The notes beneath the pieces were generated by a model that did no database searches, was not told where the DNA came from, and saw only the letters and a list, made by a program, of their open reading frames with translations. Shown in pieces: positions 10,323-17,830 of a stretch of DNA of 64,000 nt (position 1 is the stretch's first letter; each line of letters opens with the position of its first letter). The translations under genes were made by a program, and so were the position numbers. Location: the NCBI GenBank assembly GCA_938074335.1, contig CALJEL010000013.1:888-64887 (forward strand), given 5' to 3'. This DNA is from an uncultured bacterium. Its GTDB lineage: Bacteria; Nitrospirota; Thermodesulfovibrionia; Thermodesulfovibrionales; CALJEL01.

Positions 10323-10421
10323 GAACCAACCTCCTGGTGCAGGGATAATTTTATAAAACCAGAAAGTGATACGCCAGGCTTTGATGCACAAACCATCTCT
10401 TCAGACAGGAAAACTGTATTT

Positions 10422-10462
10422 TTCATACATACCACATTATCTTACTTTACCACAGAATTATC
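10422..10462. repeat. Direct repeat R2, right boundary of the lhgO island
   Basis: ttcatacataccacattatcttactttaccacagaattatc is the partner of R1, 1479 bp away in the same orientation. Confidence 0.8.
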
Positions 10463-10504
10463 CAGCATACCAAGATGAATAGTCAAACCATACAGCTGAT
10501 TCAA

Positions 10505-10564
10505 CCTTAATAGAGCAGAAGAATATGGAAAATAAATTATCCCCTTGCTGCTCTACTGTAAGCC
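10505..10564. repeat. Degenerate mini-copy of the long-hairpin repeat module
   Basis: ccttaatagagcagaag ... gctgctctactgtaagcc. The outer stem TAGAGCAG/CTGCTCTA and the accttaatagagcag junction match the family at 27.58 kb. Confidence 0.6.
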
Positions 10565-10638
10565 CTCGAGGCAGTTATCTATTGGCAAAAGGGGGGTATA
10601 ATTATTGTCAATGTTATGATAAAATATTGGAGTTAAAT

Positions 10639-11313
10639 ATGGCTATACCACGAATTGAACTATTTAAGGACCTTTCAGAGGAAGAGCTCTCAGAGCTTGA
10701 AAAGAATTCTTTGAAAGAACTCTTTAAGAAGAAAGAGAGCATATTCAGTGAAGGTGAGCCCTCGGAATGGTTTTATATCCTTACAAAGGGGAAGGTAAAG
10801 ATCACAAAATTATCCTACGATGGCAAGGAGATAATACTTGAACTTATAAAGGCACCTGATTTTTTTGGTGGTCTGGCTGTATTGAAAGGCTTTCCCTATC
10901 CTGCCAGTGCCATTGCAATGGAGGACAGCGAGGTAATAAAGATTCCAAAAGATAAATTCTTAAAGCTGGTGGAGAAATATCCATCCATAAACAGGGCGAT
11001 GCTCTCCTTCCTTATAGACAGGGTAAAAACCACTCAGGAGACACTAAAAAATATAGCCTTAGAAAGGGTAGATACAAGGATAGCCTCCACGCTCCTCAGA
11101 CTTTCTGAAAAATATGGCAGGCATGAAAGGGATGGATTAATGATAGACCTGAGACTTACAAAACAGGAGCTGGCTGATATGGTTGGGACCACTGTTGAGA
11201 CAGCCATAAGGGTCATGAGTAAGTTTAAGAAATCTGGCTATCTAAATGAGAAGGATGGAAAGATCATCATCACTAATATAAATAAATTGAAAGAACTTGG
11301 CTCTGAATCCTGA
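10639..11313 (+). CDS. Crp/Fnr-family transcription regulator (cNMP-binding-like domain plus C-terminal HTH). It has no N-terminal Cys cluster.
   Basis: LFKDLSEEEL...FSEGEPSEWFYILTKGKVKI... and HTH LTKQELADMVGTTVETAIRVMSKF. Start at ATG 10639 (GGAG 8 nt upstream). The track's upstream extension is translated repeat sequence. Confidence 0.8.
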   Translation: MAIPRIELFKDLSEEELSELEKNSLKELFKKKESIFSEGEPSEWFYILTKGKVKITKLSYDGKEIILELIKAPDFFGGLAVLKGFPYPASAIAMEDSEVIKIPKDKFLKLVEKYPSINRAMLSFLIDRVKTTQETLKNIALERVDTRIASTLLRLSEKYGRHERDGLMIDLRLTKQELADMVGTTVETAIRVMSKFKKSGYLNEKDGKIIITNINKLKELGSES

Positions 11314-11318
11314 TTGAC

Positions 11319-11729
11319 CTATTGACCCTCCTTTGCATAAAGTGTTGCTATCATGTTGTAAAAGAAGATCACTATGGAAAGTGCCTCAAGTATTCCTGAT
11401 GCCACAGTAAGACCCCTGTAAAGGGAATCGCCTGGATTATAGGTCTCAAGGGTATAAAAGAAAAGCATTCCTATCAAACCTGTGTTTGCCAGATAAAATT
11501 GAATCTCTCCCAGGGTAACACTCTTTATCCTCCTGCCAACGAATCTCGGAAGTATATGATAACCAACTCCATAGATCATCATGGAGACCCAGCCAAGCAT
11601 GTTAAGATGTGAATGAACGAACTTAAGTCTGAGAAGTTCTGGATTATAAAGCATGAGAATTCCAAAGATTGTTGAAAGAAACAGATATACAATACTTGCA
11701 CCTATAAAATTTTTCACAAAACGATCCAT
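11319..11729 (-). CDS. Small 4-TM His-containing membrane protein. It resembles the helix-X region of heme-copper oxidase subunit I.
   Basis: 136 aa with four hydrophobic spans. VHSHLNMLGWVSM...GYHILPRF recalls the HxH..(L/M)G heme-ligand helix of HCO subunit I. The assignment is tentative. Confidence 0.4.
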   Translation of the reverse strand: MDRFVKNFIGASIVYLFLSTIFGILMLYNPELLRLKFVHSHLNMLGWVSMMIYGVGYHILPRFVGRRIKSVTLGEIQFYLANTGLIGMLFFYTLETYNPGDSLYRGLTVASGILEALSIVIFFYNMIATLYAKEGQ

Positions 11730-11799
11730 ATTTATCCTCCTTTTAAAAGTTTTGTGATTGCTTTTAAAATATTTTATCGGGATAATAGATTTTTATTCT

Positions 11800-11813
11800 A
11801 TGACGCAGGTCAT
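11800..11813 (-). promoter_or_regulatory. Candidate Crp/Fnr-type operator ATGAC-N4-GTCAT upstream of the 11319-11729 gene
   Basis: Perfect palindrome atgacgcaggtcat centred about 78 nt upstream of the ATG at 11729. On the minus strand a TAAAAT -10-like hexamer starts 24 nt after the palindrome end, which is class-II-like spacing. Confidence 0.45.
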
Positions 11814-11827
11814 AAATGGATTGAGTT

Positions 11828-12295
11828 TCAGTGGCCAGTTTTTTCAGCACCCATAAGGGAATAAACTTCTTTCATTAATTCATCTATATCCTTAAACTGT
11901 CGGTAAACAGAGGCAAATCTCACATAGGCAACCTTGTCAAGTCTCTTGAGGTTCTCCATGACATCCTCACCTATCCAGCTGGATGGTATCTCCTTCACGC
12001 CGAGATTCATCAATCTCTTTTCTATAGCATCTACTATACCTTCAAGTGTATCTATTCCTATGGGTCTCTTCTCACAGGCCTTCTTCAAACCATTGAGTAC
12101 TTTATTGCGTTCAAAGGGCTCACGCCTGCCATCTTTTTTAATAACAAGGGGAAGGACGTCCTCTACCCTTTCATAGGATGTAAACCTCTTCTTGCAGGCA
12201 AGACATTCCCTCCTTCTCCTTATAGCATCTCCCTCTTTAGAGGTTCTTGAATCAATCACCCTGTCTTCAAGATTTCCACAAAAGGGACATCTCAT
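11828..12295 (-). CDS. nrdR: Transcriptional repressor NrdR
   Basis: MRCPFCG...VIDSR...CL.C..RFTSYE zinc ribbon plus ATP-cone. Confidence 0.9.
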   Translation of the reverse strand: MRCPFCGNLEDRVIDSRTSKEGDAIRRRRECLACKKRFTSYERVEDVLPLVIKKDGRREPFERNKVLNGLKKACEKRPIGIDTLEGIVDAIEKRLMNLGVKEIPSSWIGEDVMENLKRLDKVAYVRFASVYRQFKDIDELMKEVYSLMGAEKTGH

Positions 12296-12316
12296 AAGAC
12301 ACCTTCTCTACATCCT

Positions 12317-13582
12317 TTATCTTGATGCTGTCTCAACAAGCCTCTTTTCATAAACTGGAAAGGCATGACATAACTCTCTTACCCTTTCCCTTATCTTCAG
12401 AATCCGCTCCTTATTTTTGATATTCTGTAAAACCTCTGTAATGAATTCAGCAATCCTGACCATTTCCTCCTCGGTCATTCCACGCGTGGTGACACAGGGC
12501 GTGCCAAGCCTTATACCGGCCGTTATGGATGGAGGGGTATCATCAAAGGGAATGGAATTCTTATTCACTGTAATGCCAGCTAAATCAAGGGCCTCCTCTG
12601 CATCCTTACCCGTTATTCCAGATCCCCTGAGGTCGACAAGGAAGAGGTGATTATCTGTCCCACCGGATATGATCTTGAATCCCCTCTTAATAAGCTCCTG
12701 GGCAAGCCTCTTTGCATTCTTTACAATCTGTGCCTGATACCGCCTGAATCTTTCTGTAAGCGCCTCTTTAAAGGCCACCGCCTTTGCAGCAATAACATGC
12801 ACAAGGGGACCACCCTGTATCCCAGGAAATATCATTTTATCTATCACCTTTGCATACCTTTCCTTGCACATTATCATACCACCCCTAGGACCCCTCAGGG
12901 TCTTATGTGTTGTGGTGGTAACAAAATCAGCATGGGGCACAGGAGAGGGATGAAGACCTGCTGCAACAAGACCTGCAATATGGGCAATATCAGCGAGAAG
13001 ATAAGCACCCACCTCACGGGCTATTTCAGCAAATTTCTCAAAGTCTATTATCCTTGAATAGGCACTTGCACCAACAATTATTATCCTGGGTCTGTGCTCT
13101 ATGGCAAGTCTTTTAACCTCATCATAATCTATATATCCATTTTCATTGACGCCATAAAATACAGTTTTATAAAGCATGCCAGAAAAATTTGCTGAAGCAC
13201 CATGGGAAAGATGTCCTCCATGTTTCAGGCTCATGCCGAGGATTGTATCACCTGGTTTTAAAAAACCAAAAAGCACAGCCATGTTTGCCTGAGTTCCTGA
13301 ATGAGGCTGGACATTTACATGTTCTGCTCCAAAAAGCTCCTTTGCCCTCTGAATGGCAAGGTTCTCTACCCTGTCAGCAAATTCACAGCCACCGTAATAA
13401 CGCCTGCCTGGATAGCCCTCTGCGTATTTATTGGTAAAGATAGAGCCCTGTGCCTCAAGCACAGCAGGGCTTACATAATTTTCTGAGGCTATGAGAACAA
13501 TCTTCTCCTCTTCTCTCAAGATCTCTCCCCTGATCGCCTCATAAATATCAGGGTCAATAAATCTCAGGTTTTCGTAGTCCAT
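12317..13582 (-). CDS. glyA: Serine hydroxymethyltransferase
   Basis: LIASENY.SPAV...[13 protein letters not shown]...[14 protein letters not shown]. Confidence 0.95.
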   Translation of the reverse strand: MDYENLRFIDPDIYEAIRGEILREEEKIVLIASENYVSPAVLEAQGSIFTNKYAEGYPGRRYYGGCEFADRVENLAIQRAKELFGAEHVNVQPHSGTQANMAVLFGFLKPGDTILGMSLKHGGHLSHGASANFSGMLYKTVFYGVNENGYIDYDEVKRLAIEHRPRIIIVGASAYSRIIDFEKFAEIAREVGAYLLADIAHIAGLVAAGLHPSPVPHADFVTTTTHKTLRGPRGGMIMCKERYAKVIDKMIFPGIQGGPLVHVIAAKAVAFKEALTERFRRYQAQIVKNAKRLAQELIKRGFKIISGGTDNHLFLVDLRGSGITGKDAEEALDLAGITVNKNSIPFDDTPPSITAGIRLGTPCVTTRGMTEEEMVRIAEFITEVLQNIKNKERILKIRERVRELCHAFPVYEKRLVETASR

Positions 13583-14028
13583 CCTGAATACCTCTCTTCT
13601 ATTGATTTAATCTTCTGAAGTCTTCTCAAGTGTCGTCCACCCTCAAACTCTACTGTCATCCATGTCTTTAAGATCTCTCTCGCAAGGTCAATACCCACAA
13701 TCCTTCCACCAATAACAAGCACATTTGCATCATTATGAAGCCTTGAGAATCTCGCAGTATAAAGGTCGTTACATAAAGAGGCCCGTATATCAGGAAATTT
13801 ATTTGCTACAATGGACATCCCTATCCCTGTCCCACAGATAAGGACACCCCTATCTACGGTCTTTGATGATACAGCCAGTGAAACCTTTTCCCCAAAATCA
13901 GGATAATCAACAGACTCAGAACCCCCTGGTCCGAAATCTATACATTCATGACCCATTTCCTGAAGAACCTTCTTTAATTCTTCTTTGAGCTGAAAACCTG
14001 CATGGTCTGAGCCTATAGCAACTTTCAT
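13564..14028 (-). CDS. rpiB: Ribose-5-phosphate isomerase B
   Basis: [15 protein letters not shown]...[14 protein letters not shown] is the RpiB/LacAB family pattern. Confidence 0.9.
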   Translation of the reverse strand: MKVAIGSDHAGFQLKEELKKVLQEMGHECIDFGPGGSESVDYPDFGEKVSLAVSSKTVDRGVLICGTGIGMSIVANKFPDIRASLCNDLYTARFSRLHNDANVLVIGGRIVGIDLAREILKTWMTVEFEGGRHLRRLQKIKSIEERYSGWTTKT

Positions 14029-14082
14029 AAATTATCATATATAAGAAATAAAAGGCCTGTCAACTGAGGTATAGATTCCCTC

Positions 14083-14458
14083 AATCTGCCGAGAAATGCA
14101 TTTTCATCGGGGTTCACGGGGTGAAGCTTGTCTTCACTCCGTGCTCTAATGGCGGGGTATGCCTCAAAGCCTTCTTAGACCAGCAGAGCAACAGTGCAGC
14201 AGAGCAGTAGTTTTTATTGATAGATCAGCAGACCAGCAGAGCAGTAGAGCAGTGGTTTTTATTAAGGAATTTTTTTAATTATTATTTAACTGCTGCGCTG
14301 CTGCTCTGTTGCTCTACTGCTCTGTTATTGCCTGTTGCTCTACTGCTCTACTGCTCTATTAAGGTGTCGCGAGCGGGGTCCCCAGAAAATCTGACGATTT
14401 TCTGGGGTGCTGATATTGCCCTTTCGGCGTTCCCCGCCATTCCTATGGCAGATTACAG
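14083..14458. repeat. Repeat locus B, the most complete copy of the composite element. It is about 375 bp and MITE-like, with terminal inverted repeats.
   Basis: The left end is aatctgccgagaaatgcatttt...aatggcggggtatgcc. The reverse complement of the right end is aatctgccataggaatggcggggaacgcc. Inside are module 1 (14108-14147), octamer-array hairpins and hairpin 2 (14380-14407). Confidence 0.8.
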
Positions 14459-14491
14459 TAAATTAATGATTCAGTAATTGAAGAGTTCTAA

Positions 14492-14821
14492 TCATGACCG
14501 AGGGGCAAACATGATAATAGCCATACCGAGTATAGCTACTACCGAGCCAGTAATATCCCACATATGCGGTCGTACGCCATCGATGAGCCAGAGCCAGAGC
14601 AATGCAGTTGCCACATAGACTCCGCCATAGGCTGCATAAACACGTCCGGCATCAGTTGGATGAAGTGTGAGCAGATAGACAAAAAGTGCAAGTGATACAG
14701 AGGCAGGTGCAAGAACCCACACAGGCGCTCGTCCTTTTATCCAGAGATAGGGGAGATAACATCCCATAATCTCTGCAATGGCAGTCAACAGGAATAGCGC
14801 CGTTGTCTTAAGTATATTCAC
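14492..14821 (-). CDS. ynfA: UPF0060 family membrane protein YnfA
   Basis: 109 aa, 4 TM, AEI.GCYL...W...[11 protein letters not shown] start with GGGAGG upstream. Confidence 0.75.
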   Translation of the reverse strand: MNILKTTALFLLTAIAEIMGCYLPYLWIKGRAPVWVLAPASVSLALFVYLLTLHPTDAGRVYAAYGGVYVATALLWLWLIDGVRPHMWDITGSVVAILGMAIIMFAPRS

Positions 14822-14930
14822 TACTAACTTAAACCTCCCATGATAAAAGGTCTTATACTAATATAACAAAATTCACCGTAAGGGTAAAAAGAGCAAGAGT
14901 CAGGTTATTTAGTCCACCTTCTTACGCATC

Positions 14931-16067
14931 CTATTTTCCGAATGGACATACAGGGTATCTGCATTCCTTGCAATTAAGACATAGTCCTCCGTGACCGAGT
15001 TCTGCAAGCTCATATCTTCCAATCTTTTCTCCTGCAAGCACCCTTGGAAGGATTAAGTCAAATATAGTTATCTTATGATACATCCCGCAGGCAGGGATGC
15101 CTAAAACAGGAATGGGTGAAGGGGTGAATGGGTGAATGGGTGAAGTGGCTGTTGCACTGTCGTTCTGTCGCACTGTCGCACTAATATATGCCACCAGAAA
15201 CATAGCACCTGGCAGCACTGCCGAGCCATATGTGATATCAGTTGCCCCGAGCTTTCTGATGGCAAATCTTGTAACATCATCAGGGTCAACGGACATGCCA
15301 CCTGTGGTTATCAGGAGATCTGCACCGGCCTCAAGGAGTTCCCTGAGTCTTGCCTCAATAAACTCCACATCATCAGGTGCATAATAAATTCCCACTATCT
15401 CTCCCTGATAGGACTCTATCTTCTTTGTGATAATAGGTGCAAAAACATCCTTTATCCTTCCATAATAGACCTCATTGCCTGTGATGACCACTCCAGCCTT
15501 AGGCCTTCTTAATTCCTTAATCTCAATTACCCCTGTGCAACCATTAACACCTTGCACCTCTTCCGCAATTCTTACAGCCTTCTGAATAACTTCCTTTTTA
15601 ACTATAAGAGGGATTGCCCGTGTCCCTGCTACTACCTGTCCTTTTCTTACTACAGTATTGCTATGAAAAGTAGCACACATCACATCACCAAGCATATTAA
15701 ATCTTAATAGTGCCTCTTTGTGTATCTTTAACAATCCATCTCTTCCTGCTCTTATGTTTATCCTTCCTTCCTTTGGTTCACCCTCCATCTCCACACCTTC
15801 ACCCATCAGCGCCCGTGCAAGGCAATAGGCTGCCTCATCCTCGTGCATCTCATCAGGTCCTATACTCAATACATAAAGATTTTCCTTCCCAAGTCTTCTA
15901 AGGTGATCAATGTCCTCCTGCCTGATTATATGTCCCTTTCTGAAGGCCCTTCCTTTAAACTCTCCCTGTCTTATCTCTGTAATGTCATGGGCAAGGACAG
16001 TGCCAACCGCCTCTGTAATAGGAACTGTCTTAAGACCTTTAATCTCTTTTTCATTTACCTCACACAT
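14931..16067 (-). CDS. Molybdopterin-binding (MoCF-biosynthesis/MoeA-like) domain protein with a C-terminal Cys motif. It carries a 24-codon repeat-derived insertion.
   Basis: ITGNEVYYGRI.D...LLITTGGMSVDPDDVT...LPGAMFLVAY...GIPACGMYHK.TIFDL...GGLCLNCKECRYPVCPFGK. Confidence 0.7.
   Translation of the reverse strand: MCEVNEKEIKGLKTVPITEAVGTVLAHDITEIRQGEFKGRAFRKGHIIRQEDIDHLRRLGKENLYVLSIGPDEMHEDEAAYCLARALMGEGVEMEGEPKEGRINIRAGRDGLLKIHKEALLRFNMLGDVMCATFHSNTVVRKGQVVAGTRAIPLIVKKEVIQKAVRIAEEVQGVNGCTGVIEIKELRRPKAGVVITGNEVYYGRIKDVFAPIITKKIESYQGEIVGIYYAPDDVEFIEARLRELLEAGADLLITTGGMSVDPDDVTRFAIRKLGATDITYGSAVLPGAMFLVAYISATVRQNDSATATSPIHPFTPSPIPVLGIPACGMYHKITIFDLILPRVLAGEKIGRYELAELGHGGLCLNCKECRYPVCPFGK
15111..15182. 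repeat. Nine tandem octamers (72 nt) embedded in frame in the molybdopterin-binding gene
   Basis: Plus strand: aatgggtg aaggggtg aatgggtg aatgggtg aagtggct gttgcact gtcgttct gtcgcact gtcgcact. It encodes SATVRQNDSATATSPIHPFTPSPI. The same GTCGCACT and TTCACC motifs occur intergenically at 27.41, 41.40 and 49.02 kb. Confidence 0.9.
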
Positions 16068-16076
16068 AATATCCTC

Positions 16077-16412
16077 CTATTTTTTACAAAATATCTCATT
16101 GAATTTTTTATCAACCATCTCTCTTATACCCTCTTCGAGCATTTCATATCTTTTCAGAAAATCCCTTGCCTCCTCTGTGAGCCTTGCCCCACCTCCATTT
16201 TTACCACCTGCCTGTCTTTCAACAAGTCTTATACCAAGCCTTTGTTCCATGGCATTTATGTAACTCCAGGCCTTTCTATAGGAGATATTTATCTCCTTTG
16301 CCGCTTTATTAATAGAACCATATTTATCAATGGCCTGAAGCAGGAATCTCCTGCCCCTTCCAAAGACAGGCTCCCCCTCCACCTCTATCCAGAGCTTTGA
16401 TTTAATCACCAT
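16077..16412 (-). CDS. ModE N-terminal-domain-like winged-helix regulator (molybdate-responsive family, no Mop domains)
   Basis: GRGRRFLLQAIDKYGSINKAAKEINISYRKAWSYINAMEQRLG..LVERQAGGKNGGGARLT is the ModE-N pattern. Confidence 0.75.
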   Translation of the reverse strand: MVIKSKLWIEVEGEPVFGRGRRFLLQAIDKYGSINKAAKEINISYRKAWSYINAMEQRLGIRLVERQAGGKNGGGARLTEEARDFLKRYEMLEEGIREMVDKKFNEIFCKK

Positions 16413-16462
16413 GTCTTAACCTCTCGTTATGACAATTTTGCATAACGCATACCAAAATTTTT

Positions 16463-16789
16463 TTACCAATCATCACATTCAGAAGGCCAGCACAGGGTTG
16501 CCTCTTTTTCCATAAGTCTTGAACTGATTGATATCTTCTGAAGCCAGAATATACCCTTAAGTGGAGAAAGGACTCCTTTAATTGTGCTGCTTATAATATC
16601 CTTTGCAAAGTCCCTTATTAAGGGCACTTCTCCTCTGTCTGTGTGAATCGTCATGTTTTCACCCTCAATAGACAGTGCTATCTCCCTGCAATCTATCCCG
16701 AGAGAAAGACATATACCTCTCAGGACATTTCCTATGTAGCTCTGGGTAAAGTTATTAAGAGGAACTACATAGTCATTTACTATCAGCAT
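16463..16789 (-). CDS. Hypothetical 108-aa protein
   Basis: Open frame. I prefer the internal Met (MLIVNDYVVPL...) at 16789, which overlaps the fmdE-like stop by 17 nt. I recognise no motif. Confidence 0.45.
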   Translation of the reverse strand: MLIVNDYVVPLNNFTQSYIGNVLRGICLSLGIDCREIALSIEGENMTIHTDRGEVPLIRDFAKDIISSTIKGVLSPLKGIFWLQKISISSRLMEKEATLCWPSECDDW

Positions 16790-17381
16790 GGTCTTCCACA
16801 ATGTAGTAGCCTCCCTCTGAACAGCTTCTGCATAAGGTCTTTCCATCTTTATAAACCTCCCTCATATCCTGGACATACTCACCACACTTTTCACATAGAA
16901 CCCTTTTTAAGGGCCTTCCTGGCATGTCCTCTGGCTTGAGCCTTACAATTACAGGCATGGTCTCAAAAAGCTCATGGTCAGACATTATCTTATAGGCCTC
17001 GAGCTGGGCTTTGTATTTGTCCTCAATATCAGGGTAATACTCCTTTGCCTTTTCCCGCGCATCTTCTCTTGCAATAACCCTTACTGCCCTACCAGTCTTG
17101 AGATTCAAAAATGTTGCTGCCATCTTTCCATAATCCATGAACTTAAGTGTTCTTTTACCAAGACTGCATCCTGTAACAGACTGAACAGCATCAGTTGCAC
17201 ACCTGTCCATCTCTACAAAGACAATAAGATTCTTTCTGTCCCTCCCCTTAGGCTCATCAATATCAATAAGTCTCAGCCCGAGCATGGACATCCTCACGCC
17301 AAGCACTTGCCCAGGACAGAGATGGCCATGAATCCTTACAGATTCCTCAAGCAATGTCTCAAAATCCATAATACCTGTCAT
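16773..17381 (-). CDS. FmdE/FwdE-domain protein with a C-terminal zinc ribbon
   Basis: HGHLCPGQVLGVRM...VFVEMDRCATDAVQ..TGCSLGKR plus CEKCGEYV...CRSC. Confidence 0.8.
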   Translation of the reverse strand: MTGIMDFETLLEESVRIHGHLCPGQVLGVRMSMLGLRLIDIDEPKGRDRKNLIVFVEMDRCATDAVQSVTGCSLGKRTLKFMDYGKMAATFLNLKTGRAVRVIAREDAREKAKEYYPDIEDKYKAQLEAYKIMSDHELFETMPVIVRLKPEDMPGRPLKRVLCEKCGEYVQDMREVYKDGKTLCRSCSEGGYYIVEDHADSK

Positions 17382-17725
17382 GGAAGTCCTTCTATAACCT
17401 TTGTGAACTCATCAAGTGTATAGGGCTTCTCAATAATGGCATCCACGGTGAGATTCATAGAAGAGGTATCAACAGAAGCAGTAAGAACTATCTTACCCCT
17501 GTAATTATTAGACCTGAGGTATCTTATTATCTCATCACCGTCCATCTTCTTCATATGATAGTCTGTAACAACTATATCAACCCGTTCTGTGTTTATCAAT
17601 CCCTCTGTTATCCATGCGCCATTGGTGAGCGCAATAACATCATAACCCCTTTTTGAAAGATGCTGAAAAAGGAGCGAAGAAACATTATATTCATCATCAA
17701 TTACTATTACCTTTTTTGCCATCAA
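17378..17725 (-). CDS. Single-domain CheY-like response regulator receiver
   Basis: VIDDE...VVTDYHM...LTAS...EKP. All phosphoacceptor-pocket residues are present. Its stop overlaps the fmdE-like start (ATGA). Confidence 0.85.
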   Translation of the reverse strand: MMAKKVIVIDDEYNVSSLLFQHLSKRGYDVIALTNGAWITEGLINTERVDIVVTDYHMKKMDGDEIIRYLRSNNYRGKIVLTASVDTSSMNLTVDAIIEKPYTLDEFTKVIEGLP

Positions 17726-17797
17726 TTTTAGTCTATAAAATAAGCATGTAAATTTGCTGTTAATTTAAATTATTGAAAGTCTAATTTAAAAATTTTT

Positions 17798-17825
17798 CAG
17801 GGTGGGCGGCAAGCCGCCCACCCTG
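17798..17825 (-). terminator. GC-rich hairpin immediately after the molybdoenzyme gene
   Basis: cagggtgggcggc aa gccgcccaccctg, with 13-nt complementary arms, lies 6 nt past the stop at 17831. The minus-strand tail is gaaaaattttt. Confidence 0.7.
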
Positions 17826-17830
17826 AAAAC

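Noticed and set aside
10323-10426. N-terminal extension of lhgO (track start 10391), and a 35-codon ORF starting at the ATG inside repeat R2 (10426)
   Set aside because: AGGAGG-N7-GTG at 10322 gives a canonical start immediately before the GxGxxG FAD motif. The upstream ATG is a by-product of duplicating the truD start region, and it is out of frame with lhgO.
10525-10638. Track start codons that extend crp/fnr (10525), the kef-type gene (32622), yceD (32860), rpsO (38914) and the TVP38 gene (36468)
   Set aside because: The extensions translate repeat or promoter DNA and lack an RBS. In each case an internal Met with a Shine-Dalgarno sequence matches the expected protein N-terminus.
14492-14821. 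ynfA as a GC-rich foreign gene. My hand counts give about 47-53 percent G+C, and it is flanked by repeat locus B.
   Set aside because: Other core genes in the window, such as ilvD, reach similar values in sampled lines. The deviation is within the local variance, and I have no further evidence of transfer.
15843-16400. Long antisense ORFs in the track: 15843-16400, 15910-16263, 51724-52230, 48304-48777, 34172-34627, 55992-56408, 37619-37933 and 61081-61464
   Set aside because: Each lies entirely opposite a strongly supported conserved gene. Their products are Ser/Leu/Ile-rich and low-complexity, and they lack start context. They are shadow ORFs typical of this codon bias.
17742-17758. aagcatgtaaatttgct resembles the sigma54 promoter at 22599 (tggcatgaaatttgct)
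   Set aside because: It lies on the plus strand pointing into the 3' end of the minus-strand molybdoenzyme gene. It has AG instead of the essential GG and one extra spacer nucleotide. It is probably coincidental or a dead copy.
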